Positions 19,124 through 28,716 of a stretch of 64,000 nt of DNA are shown piece by piece. Position 1 is the first letter of the stretch; each line of letters begins with the position of its first letter. Source of the DNA: Planctomycetota bacterium (GTDB lineage: Bacteria; Planctomycetota; UBA11346); NCBI GenBank assembly GCA_038231435.1, contig JBBRLJ010000027.1, positions 14,517-78,516 on the forward strand, in the 5' to 3' direction. The notes under the pieces were generated by a model that did not search any database, was not told the origin of the DNA, and saw nothing but the letters and a program-made list of their open reading frames with translations. Made by a program: the position numbers and the translations under genes.

Positions 19124-19781
19124 CGTTGTTCTTCCAGCTGCAGAGGTCGTCCGAGTCGATGGGACCGCCGAGATTCTTGTTCCGCCCGCTCGACCAGACG
19201 CCAAACGACATCGCGCCGTACACGTGAGCGGCATAGGCGATGTGCAGGGGCCGGTGCCAGCGGTCGATGACCTGGCGCAGGGCGTTCACCTGGCCGGTGG
19301 CGAGCGGGATGCCGCTCATGTCGATGAAGCCGGTGTACGAGGGCTTGGCGCGGCTGGCGAGGGTCGTGCCGGCGGCGTAGAGGCGCGGATCGCCGTCGAT
19401 CATCGCCGGGTCGGCGAGCTGATCGGCGTCACCAGCGAGCGGGGCGATGGTGCCCATGGCCCAAGCCGGGTAGAGGTTGCCGTCGGCGCCGGTCACCGCG
19501 GTCACGTGGACGTCTTGGATCTTGGCGGCGACGGCCTGCACCAGCTGGGTGGTCGCGCTGATGTCGGCCTTGGCGCGCAGGCTGGCCATGACCGGGTAGG
19601 ACATGCCGGCAAGGGCGAGGATCACCGCGATCACCACCAGCATCTCGAGGATGGTGAAGCCGGGGCGCGCGCCGACGAGAGCGGGCAGCGCCAGCACTGC
19701 CACGACACCCACGAGCGAACGGTGGCCGCCGTGCGCGATCGCTTGAGCCGAGCCTGCAGTGACGTGGTCGCCGAGAACCAT
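19116..19781 (-). CDS. Prepilin-type protein, GspG-like (cassette 2, gene 1); start uncertain
   Basis: RPG|FTILEMLVVIAVILALAGMSYP; VIDRWHRPL; FGVWSSG...DDLCSW. Confidence 0.85.
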   Translation of the reverse strand: MVLGDHVTAGSAQAIAHGGHRSLVGVVAVLALPALVGARPGFTILEMLVVIAVILALAGMSYPVMASLRAKADISATTQLVQAVAAKIQDVHVTAVTGADGNLYPAWAMGTIAPLAGDADQLADPAMIDGDPRLYAAGTTLASRAKPSYTGFIDMSGIPLATGQVNALRQVIDRWHRPLHIAYAAHVYGAMSFGVWSSGRNKNLGGPIDSDDLCSWKNNDE

Positions 19782-20061
19782 GGAAGCGTCTCCGACACTC
19801 ATTCCCGGGGACCCCCCCGCGCAGGCCGCTCGATCGGATCGACGGTTGATCTTGTGTGACGCACCGACGCATCGCATTTTCCTTAACAATCTGATGTAAC
19901 TGTTGTTATGATATTTTATAAGATTCTCCTACCGGCCCGATCGCAGTCGCTTGAGGGTCTGAGTGGAGGACGAGAACGAGCCTTGGCAGGGCTCACGCTC
20001 TCCGACTCCCCGCCCGGTCGTGCAGTCGAGACGGCGTTTCACGCGAGCCTCGGCGAGACTC

Positions 20062-22563
20062 ATGGAATCCAGGCATCGCATCGCTGCGTGCGGCCTAGGC
20101 TCCGCGCCCATGCGGATCGTTGTCATCGTGCTGATGATCGTGCTCGCCCTCGCGGCGACCTCGCTGATCGCGTTCATCGTCGCCAAGCACGATCAGTTAT
20201 CGACGCACGCGCGCGACACCGTGCCGCGGTCGGTGCGCGAGCCGGATGCGCATCCGCCGAAGCCGCCTACGACGCCGCTCGACGCGACGCGTCCATCCCA
20301 GAAATCCCCTGCGCTGGAGAGCGCGACCGACGAACGCTCACGCCTGGACAAGGTGGTGTGGGCGACCGAGGTGAAGGCCCAGGAATACGAAGAGGCGTTC
20401 GTCGCCCTGTGGGATGCGATGCGCGCGAAAGGCGAGGACCAGCACGAACTGCTGGCGACTTTCCCGTTCACCGAGTTGCTGATCAAGCACTTCGGCGCAC
20501 CAGAATCGCATCGCTGGGTCGAGATCGCGCGCATGGACGGCGCCGCCAAGCCGCTGGACCAGAGGGCCTGGCTCGACCTGGTGTCGGGATTCGCGCGCGA
20601 TGGCTACCGGCTGAAATACGTGGAATTCCACCATTCCGCGTTCGATCTCGAGCCCTCGGGCGTGGCCCGTTCGAAGATGTCGCTCAAGCTCTTCATCATC
20701 CACCCGCAGCGCAAGGAACGCCACGTCATCAGCGGATCCCTGCGCGTCCTGTGGTCGGACGCGGTCGACGCCAAGGGCATGCATATCGCCAGATCGATCG
20801 ATGCGACGGAGATGACGCTCACCAGCCGCACCGGCGACGATGCCTTCGCCGAGGAGTTCGTGACGATTCCGGAGAAGCACACGGCGCCATTCCAGTCGGC
20901 GCTCGAGCCGACGCTGGTCTACGACCTCGATGGCGACGGCAAGGACGACATCGTGCTGCCACGCTGGAACAAGGTCTACATCAACCAGGGCTCTTCCGGA
21001 CATGTGGCCTTCGACCTGAGGCCATTGGCGGCTCATCCGCTCGTGGAGGTTCCGGGCGGGCTCCTCATCACCACCGGCGTTCTCGCCGACGTCACTGGCG
21101 ACGGCAACGTCGACCTCGTGCTCGCCGGCATCGATCTGCCACCGATGCTGTTCGAAGGCGGTCCGGGTGGAACCTTCCCCACCGCGCCCCATCCCATCGT
21201 CGATCTGCCGAAGGAGGCATTCAGGCTGCCGATGGGCATGACCGCCGGCGATGTCGATGGAGATGGCAGGGCCGACCTGTGGATCGGGCAGTACCGCCGG
21301 CCGTTCGATGACGCGTCGATGCCGAATCCCTATTGGGACGCCAACGATGGCTATCCGTCCTTCCTGCTCATCAACAACGGCGACGGTACCTTCCGCGACG
21401 CGACTGCGGCGGCGGGTCTGTCGGCCAAGCGCCATCGCCGGAACTACAGCGCGTCGTTCGTCGACCTCGACGACGACGGCCGGCTCGATCTGGTGACGGT
21501 GAACGATTTCTCGGGCGTCGACATCTTCCGCAATCTCGGCAAGGGCGTCTTCGCGGACGCCACCGACGAGACCGTGGACCAGCGCCACAGCTACGGTATG
21601 TCGCACGCCTTCGCTGATTTCAACGGCGACGGCAGGCTCGACCTGTTCGTCGCGGGCATGGGCTCGACCACCGCCCGCCGGCTGGAATACATGAAACTCG
21701 GACGGGCCGACTTCCCAGAGCATCAGAAGATGCGCATGCCGATGGGTTACGGCAACCGCATGTACCTCGGCGGCGCCGACCACCGCTACCAGCAGGCCCC
21801 GTTCAACGACCAGGTCGCGCGCACCGGCTGGTCGTGGGGCTGCACCGCGCTCGACGTCGACAACACCGGAAACATCGACCTGTTCGTGAACAACGGCTTC
21901 ATGAGCCGCAAGACCGCCAAGGACTACTGCTCGCGGTGGTGGACCCACGACATCTACCAGGCGAGCGAACCGGCGAAGCCAGACATGCTCGCGACCGTGA
22001 TGAACGAGCTCGAGCAGGGTTCCGGCAGCTCGTGGAACGGCTTCGAGCACAAGGCCCTGCTGATGAATGAAGGCGGCACCTCCTTCATCGACACCGCCTT
22101 CGCGATGAACCTCGCCTACGAGTGGGACGCGCGCGCCGCGGTCAGCGCCGACTTCGACGGCGACGGCATGGTCGACGTGATGACGGTGAACTCCCAGTAC
22201 AACAGCGCTTTCCTGCCCATCGATCCGGTGCTGCGCGTATTCCGCAACCAGATGCCCAACACCAACCACTGGATCGGGGTGCGCCTGAGGGAAGAGCCCG
22301 GTCACTGCGCGATGGGCGCAAAGATCACCGTGCGCGCTGGCGGCCGTGAGCATGTCGCCGTGCTGGTGTCGGGCGATTCCTTCCGTTGCCAGCATCCGCT
22401 CTGCAAGCATGTCGGCCTCGGTCTTGCCGCGAGCGTCGACGCCGTCGAGGTCCGGTGGATCGATGGAGCGAAACGCGTCATCGAGCACCCCGCCATCGAT
22501 CGCGAGCTGACGATCAGCGCTGGGCCGGATGCGCCCCCGGCGGCTACTTCGACGGATCGCTGA
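20062..22563 (+). CDS. CRTAC1-family protein: N-terminal TM/signal, FG-GAP (VCBS-like) beta-propeller repeats, C-terminal ASPIC/UnbV domain
   Basis: Repeated D.DGDG..D motifs (YDLDGDGKDD, DVDGDGRADL, DFNGDGRLDL); GWSWG; HWIGVRL...GAKITV...HVGLG...VEVRW. Confidence 0.9.
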   Translation: MESRHRIAACGLGSAPMRIVVIVLMIVLALAATSLIAFIVAKHDQLSTHARDTVPRSVREPDAHPPKPPTTPLDATRPSQKSPALESATDERSRLDKVVWATEVKAQEYEEAFVALWDAMRAKGEDQHELLATFPFTELLIKHFGAPESHRWVEIARMDGAAKPLDQRAWLDLVSGFARDGYRLKYVEFHHSAFDLEPSGVARSKMSLKLFIIHPQRKERHVISGSLRVLWSDAVDAKGMHIARSIDATEMTLTSRTGDDAFAEEFVTIPEKHTAPFQSALEPTLVYDLDGDGKDDIVLPRWNKVYINQGSSGHVAFDLRPLAAHPLVEVPGGLLITTGVLADVTGDGNVDLVLAGIDLPPMLFEGGPGGTFPTAPHPIVDLPKEAFRLPMGMTAGDVDGDGRADLWIGQYRRPFDDASMPNPYWDANDGYPSFLLINNGDGTFRDATAAAGLSAKRHRRNYSASFVDLDDDGRLDLVTVNDFSGVDIFRNLGKGVFADATDETVDQRHSYGMSHAFADFNGDGRLDLFVAGMGSTTARRLEYMKLGRADFPEHQKMRMPMGYGNRMYLGGADHRYQQAPFNDQVARTGWSWGCTALDVDNTGNIDLFVNNGFMSRKTAKDYCSRWWTHDIYQASEPAKPDMLATVMNELEQGSGSSWNGFEHKALLMNEGGTSFIDTAFAMNLAYEWDARAAVSADFDGDGMVDVMTVNSQYNSAFLPIDPVLRVFRNQMPNTNHWIGVRLREEPGHCAMGAKITVRAGGREHVAVLVSGDSFRCQHPLCKHVGLGLAASVDAVEVRWIDGAKRVIEHPAIDRELTISAGPDAPPAATSTDR

Positions 22564-25500
22564 CCGGCGGCGTCGCGACGTCGGGTTCGGTGACCTGCAA
22601 CACCGCGCCGGGCTTGAACGGCCCCTCGACCCGCTGCGCTCGGTTGCCCGGCCACACCACCGTCACCGCCGTCACCTCGCCATCGGCTCCGAGCCCGAAC
22701 AGCGGCGCGGTCTCGTCCTGCGACAGGTAGTTCGAACCGCAGCTCACCTGCTTCGACTGCGAGCCCCCGTCCGCGCGGGTGACGGTGATCACCGCGCCGA
22801 TGCCGTAACGATTGCTGCGCACACCATGCAGCCTGACCTTGATCCAGCGATTGGCGTTGGCACAGGAGTTGGCGAGCAGCGTCGGCGGAGCATCGAAATT
22901 GCTCACCACCAGGTCGACGCGGCCAGTTCCCGTCAAGTCCGCAGCCACGGCGCCGCGGCTGTTGCCGCGGTAGGACTCGTCCCCGGCCTCGTCCACATGG
23001 AAGAACTTCGCGCCGTGGCGGATGAACATCTGCTTGGCCTGGTCGGCCGCTGGCGTCTGGTCCACCCAGCCGTTGCTCAGCCACATGTCGTCGTCGCCGT
23101 CGTCGTCGTAGTCGAGGAAGTTGCCGCTCCACGACCAGCCGCGGTCGCCTGGCTCGAACATCTCGTCATCCACCGGCGTGAAACGCGCGCCGTGATCGTT
23201 GCGGAAGAGCTTGTTGCCGGCGATGTAGAACGTGGATTTGAGAATGCGTTCGTTGATGTTGATCTGCGAATCCGCGCGCGGGAACACGAAGCCGATGCTT
23301 TTCGAGAACATGTCGATCTGGGTGATGTAGATGTCCATCCAGCCATCGCCGTCGACATCGACCACGCTGGCGTTCATCGAGCTGCCGCGGTCGTCGACGC
23401 CGTAGCGGTGGCCGCATTCCTCGAACGTGCCATCGCCGCGGTTGAGGAACAGCTCGCTGCGTCCGTAGTCGTTCGCCACGAACAGATCCATGCGCCCGTC
23501 CCGGTTGGCGTCGATGGCGGCGGTGGCGAGCGTCCAGCCGGTGCTGCCGACTCCCGCGCGATCCGTGACGTCGGCGAAGACCCCGCCGCCCTGGTTGTGG
23601 AACAGCCGGTTCTTCACGCCGTTGCGACCATCGAGGGTCGGCTTGCTGCCGCCGTAGTGGCCGACATAGCAGTCGAGCAGCCCGTCGCCGTCGTAGTCGA
23701 GGAACACGGCATCATGGGCGTTCGCATCGGTGACGATGCCGCAGGTGGCGGTGACATCGGAGAACCGACCATCAGCCTCCTGATGGAAGAGCCGCGACGG
23801 CTTCTCGGAATGCACGATGAAGAGATCGAGTCGCCCATCATTGTCGTAATCGACGAACAGGGCGTGATGGGCGTCGGCGCAGTCGCTGTCGGTGATCCCG
23901 AGCGCCTCTGTCCGGTCCTCGAAGTGCCGCCCGCCGAGATTGCGCAGCAGGCGGTTGCCGCCATCGCCTGGCAGGAACAGGTCGGGGAGCCCGTCCCCAT
24001 CCGCGTCTCCGACCGCTACTCCCGAACCCATGAAGTCGACGAGCCTGCCCGGGCCGTCCTTAGTGATCGCGACGCGCACCGCGCCCGCTCTGGCTGGGAA
24101 TCCCGCGGATGCGCTGGCGTTGCGGAACAGCGGCAAGGGGTAGGCAGCCGCCACCGATGCCTTCGCCTGCATGTCGGCCGCGGTCCATCCCGCCGGTGGC
24201 GCGGCGTTGACCACGAACTGAGATCCGTTCAGGATCTTCTCGCAGATGTCGGTACCGACGACCCGCTTGCCCTGATTCTGCGCGACCGCGTCGCACTCCT
24301 TCATGAAGAAGAAGGCCAGCTCAGAGAGGCGGTCTGCGATCATCTCCAGCGCGAACGGATCGGCGGGCACCGCGTTGGGCGCGTCCCAGGCCTTCTTCAT
24401 CAAGGTCCAGTGCAGGGTCGTGTCGCGCAACGCGTCGAGCTCCCAATCGAGCAGCACGGTGCTGCGCCGCTTGTCCGGCACCTGCTGTGATGGCAGCCCC
24501 ATGATGTCCACGGTGACGTCGCCATTGGGGCCGATGGTGCGCGGAAAGAGCTCGTCGAGCACGTTACGGGTCCACGCCAGGGTGGCGTAGCTGTTCGCCG
24601 GAACGCCCGTGAGGTCGGGCGTGAGCCCGTTGATCGAGGCAGAGAAGGCATTGCGTCGCATCGGCTGCACGCCGTAGGCCAGGAAGCGCGCGTAGCGCTC
24701 CAGCCGTTGCTCGAGTTCGCGGAACGAATCGTGATCGAAAGGCACTGTCATCATGCGATTGACGAGCTCGAGCTGGCGCGCATCGGCATCAGCCGCGTCC
24801 TTCCAGACCTTGCCGTTCCACACCCGCAGGGCGGCTATCTTGCCGGCAATCGTCCGGCGCGTCAGCGCGAGCAGATCGGGGTCAACTGCGCGCGATCCAA
24901 CCGCGACGGCCGGCAATGCCGTGCCCGCACCTTCGGACAGCTTGCTGGATGCCTGGTCAGGGCTCCGGGAATAGCGCGGAGCCGCTTCCGCGAATGCATC
25001 GCGCACGTCCCCCGCCTCGATGCGCAGGTGCCCACGCGACTTCGCCAGGTCGCCGCTCGCCGTCAGGAAGGCGGTGGTGATCTGCGTGGCGACGGCGGCG
25101 AGATGGTTCATGCCGCCCACCGACAGCGGCGAGATATCCGGATCCCGGCCTTCGAACAATCCGGTTCCAGTGATGGCGTCGGCGATGATGGCGTAGAGGT
25201 AGCGTTTGTTCTCGGTCACGCGGTGATAATCGCGGCTCATCACCGACTGCACGGGATCGCCGGAAAAGACCGGCTCCGCAGCCGTCATCAAGGCGACGGC
25301 CTTGCGCACGTCCTCGGGCACCACCGCGTCGATCGCGGCCGCATGGATGATGCCCTGGTCGGCGTGTTCGGAGGCGGCGCGCCACACCTGATAGACCAGG
25401 GTCTTGCACGCCTCGATCTTCAGCATGGCGATCTCGTCGGACATGGGCTTGCCCGCGAAATGCTGGTCCATCATCCGTACCGTGGTCCAACAGGTCGCGT

Positions 25501-25702
25501 CCTTGCCGGATTCCTGGCCTTCGACAACTCCCATCAGGCGATCGAGGCCAGACTTGAGTTCGGATGTGCGTTCAGCGACTGGATTCGCCGCGAGCGGCGC
25601 GGTGCGCGTCACGGGTGGGGCGTCCGCCTGACGCACGTGCGTCATCAGCATGACGCTCGCCGCGGCGGCCAGGATGAAGAGCGCTACCGCGCCCTTCCTC
25701 AT
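22544..25702 (-). CDS. Exported CRTAC1-family FG-GAP/ASPIC-UnbV protein with a ~450-aa N-terminal all-helical, histone-fold-like region
   Basis: Signal-like N-terminus MRKGAVALFILAAAASV; FG-GAP motifs (GDADGDGLPDL, DYDNDGRLDL, DYDGDGLLD); SNRYGIGAVITV...YLSQ...LFGLG...VVWPG; N-region LAAVATQITTAFLTASGDLAKSRGHLRIEAGDVRDA. Confidence 0.88.
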   Translation of the reverse strand: MRKGAVALFILAAAASVMLMTHVRQADAPPVTRTAPLAANPVAERTSELKSGLDRLMGVVEGQESGKDATCWTTVRMMDQHFAGKPMSDEIAMLKIEACKTLVYQVWRAASEHADQGIIHAAAIDAVVPEDVRKAVALMTAAEPVFSGDPVQSVMSRDYHRVTENKRYLYAIIADAITGTGLFEGRDPDISPLSVGGMNHLAAVATQITTAFLTASGDLAKSRGHLRIEAGDVRDAFAEAAPRYSRSPDQASSKLSEGAGTALPAVAVGSRAVDPDLLALTRRTIAGKIAALRVWNGKVWKDAADADARQLELVNRMMTVPFDHDSFRELEQRLERYARFLAYGVQPMRRNAFSASINGLTPDLTGVPANSYATLAWTRNVLDELFPRTIGPNGDVTVDIMGLPSQQVPDKRRSTVLLDWELDALRDTTLHWTLMKKAWDAPNAVPADPFALEMIADRLSELAFFFMKECDAVAQNQGKRVVGTDICEKILNGSQFVVNAAPPAGWTAADMQAKASVAAAYPLPLFRNASASAGFPARAGAVRVAITKDGPGRLVDFMGSGVAVGDADGDGLPDLFLPGDGGNRLLRNLGGRHFEDRTEALGITDSDCADAHHALFVDYDNDGRLDLFIVHSEKPSRLFHQEADGRFSDVTATCGIVTDANAHDAVFLDYDGDGLLDCYVGHYGGSKPTLDGRNGVKNRLFHNQGGGVFADVTDRAGVGSTGWTLATAAIDANRDGRMDLFVANDYGRSELFLNRGDGTFEECGHRYGVDDRGSSMNASVVDVDGDGWMDIYITQIDMFSKSIGFVFPRADSQININERILKSTFYIAGNKLFRNDHGARFTPVDDEMFEPGDRGWSWSGNFLDYDDDGDDDMWLSNGWVDQTPAADQAKQMFIRHGAKFFHVDEAGDESYRGNSRGAVAADLTGTGRVDLVVSNFDAPPTLLANSCANANRWIKVRLHGVRSNRYGIGAVITVTRADGGSQSKQVSCGSNYLSQDETAPLFGLGADGEVTAVTVVWPGNRAQRVEGPFKPGAVLQVTEPDVATPPVSDPSK

Positions 25703-25750
25703 GCGGGGCTCCCCTCGCGGAGATGTTCCCAGGCAGGGGTGCCCACGGAC

Positions 25751-26311
25751 TCAGGGACCAGTCTTGAGCGCAGGCATGGTGCCCTGCTCGGCGGACGGCG
25801 CGCCTGCCGAGAACGATGGCAGGCCCTGGGTCTCGACCACGGTGAGATCGGGCCTGACGTAGAAGCCGCGCGTGCCGATGGCGACGTCGTCCTCCGGGGT
25901 CGCTGAACCGGCGGCGGTGGTCGCCGCCTCGGGCCCCGCCTTCACCGTCGAGACCGCCGCGGCCTTGATCACCTTCAGGTAGATCCTCCAGGTGCCGACC
26001 GGCGCGTCCTTGGCGATGAGCTTGCCGGGATTCGCCCCCGGCGTCGCCATCGCGTGACCGCCGAGGAATTCCGCGCGCGGGTGGTCGAGTTCGAGCTTGG
26101 CCGGATACTTCGCCTTGGCGAAGGCGAGCGCGGCATCGATCGCCTCCTTGCGGTGGCGATCGCTGTCGAGCATCTCAGGCGGCGGCGGCGGCACGAGCGC
26201 GGGCGGATGCACCGCGACCGGCTTCGCGGCCTGCTGGCCGCAGCCAGCGCAGCCCGGAAGCGCCACGCAGGCGATGACCAGGCCGATCACGAGATGGCGG
26301 GCGGTGAGCAT
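25751..26311 (-). CDS. Hypothetical lipoprotein
   Basis: Hydrophobic N-terminus ending ALPGCAGC; Pro-rich linker; same strand and 48 bp upstream of the 22544-25702 gene. Confidence 0.6.
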   Translation of the reverse strand: MLTARHLVIGLVIACVALPGCAGCGQQAAKPVAVHPPALVPPPPPEMLDSDRHRKEAIDAALAFAKAKYPAKLELDHPRAEFLGGHAMATPGANPGKLIAKDAPVGTWRIYLKVIKAAAVSTVKAGPEAATTAAGSATPEDDVAIGTRGFYVRPDLTVVETQGLPSFSAGAPSAEQGTMPALKTGP

Positions 26312-26433
26312 GCCGTGTGGAGTACGCTGGAGACCGGTGCGGGCAAGGTGGACATCCTCGCGACGATGCGCGGTGCGAGATACGCGGTCCGTCGCATCTG
26401 GTCGGCGACCCGCCGGGGACGCGCCACCCTGTG

Positions 26434-28539
26434 CTAAGCCGGACGCGCGGTTCCCACCGCCCTGCTGATCACCGTCACGGCGTAGGGCGGCAGCCGCAGT
26501 GGACGCTGAGCGGGTTGGCCGCTCTCCAGTTCGATGCCTTCTCCGGCATCGACCGTCGCGAGAGCCGCGGTGGTGTTCAGCACGAACACGAAATCGACGC
26601 CGTCGCCGTGGCGCACGCAGGCCGACACCCCCTCGGGCAGTTCTCCGGGCACCGCGCGCGAGAGACCCAGGTCGCGCGCCAGCCAGCCGTAGAAATCGCG
26701 GTGGAAGCGCTCGTCGTTGCGACTGGTGATGTAGAAGGCCTGACCCGCTCCGCGGCGATTGCGGGTGAGCGCGGGGGTGCCGGCGTAGAAGTCGCGACCA
26801 TAGGTGGCGAGCGCCTCGGCGCCTTCGAGATGCACGATGTCCAGCAGCTGGCGCGCGGCGTACTCGCCGCTGAGACCGGGCGTTCCGGGCTTGGGCACCA
26901 GCGAGTTCGGCTCGTCGTCGAAGGTCGCGTCGGTCTCTTCGACCCGGATGCCCAGGGTCGCGGCCAGCGGCCGGTCGCCGAGGAAGCAGCGGTCGGTCTC
27001 GTCGACGAGGCCGCTCCAGTAGGTCATCACCAGCGTGCCGCCTCGGCTCACGAACTCATCGAGGCGCTTGGCGGTGTGCGGCTTGAGCAGGAAGAGCATC
27101 GGCGCGACCACCACGCGGTAGCGGTCGAGATCCACATCCATGTCGATGACGTCGGTGGCGATACCCTGGCGCCAGAACCAGCCGTAGTGCTCCTTGCAGG
27201 TCTCCTCGTAGTCGCGCTTGCCGGCCGGCGTCACGTCGCCATCGATCGCCCAGCGGTTCTCCCAATCGTAGATGACAGCCACCTCTGAGCGCACCACGCT
27301 ACCGACCACCGGCGCGAGCTTGCGCAGGGAATCGCCGACCATCGCCACCTCGCGGAACACGCGCGCATCATTGCGACCATCGTGGCCGACCACCGCGCCG
27401 TGGTATTTCTCGGCGCCACCGCGCGACCTGCGCCACTGGAAGTAGAGCACGCTGTCCGAACCATGCGCAACTGCCTGCAGGCCCGCCATGCGCAACACGC
27501 CAGGCCGCTTGAGGCGCTGGGTGGCGATCCAGTTCACCGTGCTCGGCGTCGTCTCCATGAGCAGGAACGGCTGATCGCGTTTGAGCGAGCGCATCAGATC
27601 GTGCTGGAAGGCGATGCTGATCGCGGTGCGCAGGTCGTAGTGCTGATCGTAGAGCGGGTAGCCGTCCCACGAGATGACGTCGAGATGCTTGGCGAAGCGC
27701 GCGACGTCGAGATCGACATAGGTGCCCATGAGGTTGGTCGTCACCGGCGCGGCGCTGTGCGGGCGGATCGCCGCGATCTCGAGGGCCATGCAGTCGGCCT
27801 GCTGGTCGCTCTGGAAGCGGCGCCAATCGAGATTCATCGAGTTGTCGGTGTATTCGCCGTAGCCGCCCGACGGCACCCACTCGCCCGGCGGATCGATCTG
27901 CGCCCAGTCGCTGTAGGTGTGGCTCCAGAACGAGGTGGTCCAGGCGGAGTTCAGCGCGTCGAGCGTGCCGTGGCGCTGGCGCAGCCAGCCGCGGAAGGCC
28001 TCCGCGCACAGACCGCAGTAGCAATAGCGAACATATTCGTTGTGCACGTGCCAGAGCACCAGCTCGGGCCTGCGGCCGTAACGCTCGGCGAGCGCGCCGG
28101 CGATGCGCGCGGCGCGCATGCGGAAGGCTGGCGCGGTCGGGCAGTAGTTGACGCGCACGCCATGCAGCGGCGGGCGCCGGTCGCGATGCATGCGCACCAC
28201 CTCCGGGTGCAGCTGCGACAGCCACGCCGGATGCGCCGCGGTCGGGGTGGCGAGGATCACATGCTTACCGGACTTGGCGAGTCCATCGAGGCAACGGTCG
28301 AGCCATGCGAAATCGAAACGGCCGTCCGCCGGCTCCAAGCGTGCCCAGGCGAACACGCCGACGGTGGCGGTGTTGCAACGCGCATCATCCATCAGCCGCA
28401 GGTCGTCGGCCCACACCGATTCCGGCCACTGGTCGGGGTTGTAGTCGCCGCCATGGAGCATGTCCCTCACCCCCATCGGCGAACGACCCACCGCGCCGGT
28501 GGTTGAGCGAAGGGTTTGCGCGATCGGATCCGTGGCCAT
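26434..28539 (-). CDS. Beta-galactosidase, GH42
   Basis: HGGDYNPDQW; VGVFAWARLEP; ILATPT; WHVHNEY (acid/base); FLLMETTPS (nucleophile); YFQWR.SRGGAEKYHG; trimerisation domain. Confidence 0.95.
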   Translation of the reverse strand: MATDPIAQTLRSTTGAVGRSPMGVRDMLHGGDYNPDQWPESVWADDLRLMDDARCNTATVGVFAWARLEPADGRFDFAWLDRCLDGLAKSGKHVILATPTAAHPAWLSQLHPEVVRMHRDRRPPLHGVRVNYCPTAPAFRMRAARIAGALAERYGRRPELVLWHVHNEYVRYCYCGLCAEAFRGWLRQRHGTLDALNSAWTTSFWSHTYSDWAQIDPPGEWVPSGGYGEYTDNSMNLDWRRFQSDQQADCMALEIAAIRPHSAAPVTTNLMGTYVDLDVARFAKHLDVISWDGYPLYDQHYDLRTAISIAFQHDLMRSLKRDQPFLLMETTPSTVNWIATQRLKRPGVLRMAGLQAVAHGSDSVLYFQWRRSRGGAEKYHGAVVGHDGRNDARVFREVAMVGDSLRKLAPVVGSVVRSEVAVIYDWENRWAIDGDVTPAGKRDYEETCKEHYGWFWRQGIATDVIDMDVDLDRYRVVVAPMLFLLKPHTAKRLDEFVSRGGTLVMTYWSGLVDETDRCFLGDRPLAATLGIRVEETDATFDDEPNSLVPKPGTPGLSGEYAARQLLDIVHLEGAEALATYGRDFYAGTPALTRNRRGAGQAFYITSRNDERFHRDFYGWLARDLGLSRAVPGELPEGVSACVRHGDGVDFVFVLNTTAALATVDAGEGIELESGQPAQRPLRLPPYAVTVISRAVGTARPA

Positions 28540-28716
28540 GAAGCACCTCGACGGCACGCTACATGGCACTCATGCCCCCTGCCAGGGATGCCCGATGTGC
28601 GGCAGGATGCGAGCCGCGTACTTGTCCACTATCCGCCCATACGTAGGTTTCCGGCCCGACTCCTGCCGCCAGGCCCACGAGGCATGGCGCGCACGCATCC
28701 CAGACCCGGAGCATCC

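Noticed and set aside
942..19781. Complete type II secretion system or type IV pilus operon; gsp/pil gene symbols
   Set aside because: No ATPase, platform, secretin, alignment proteins or peptidase in the window. Positional analogies do not justify orthologous names.
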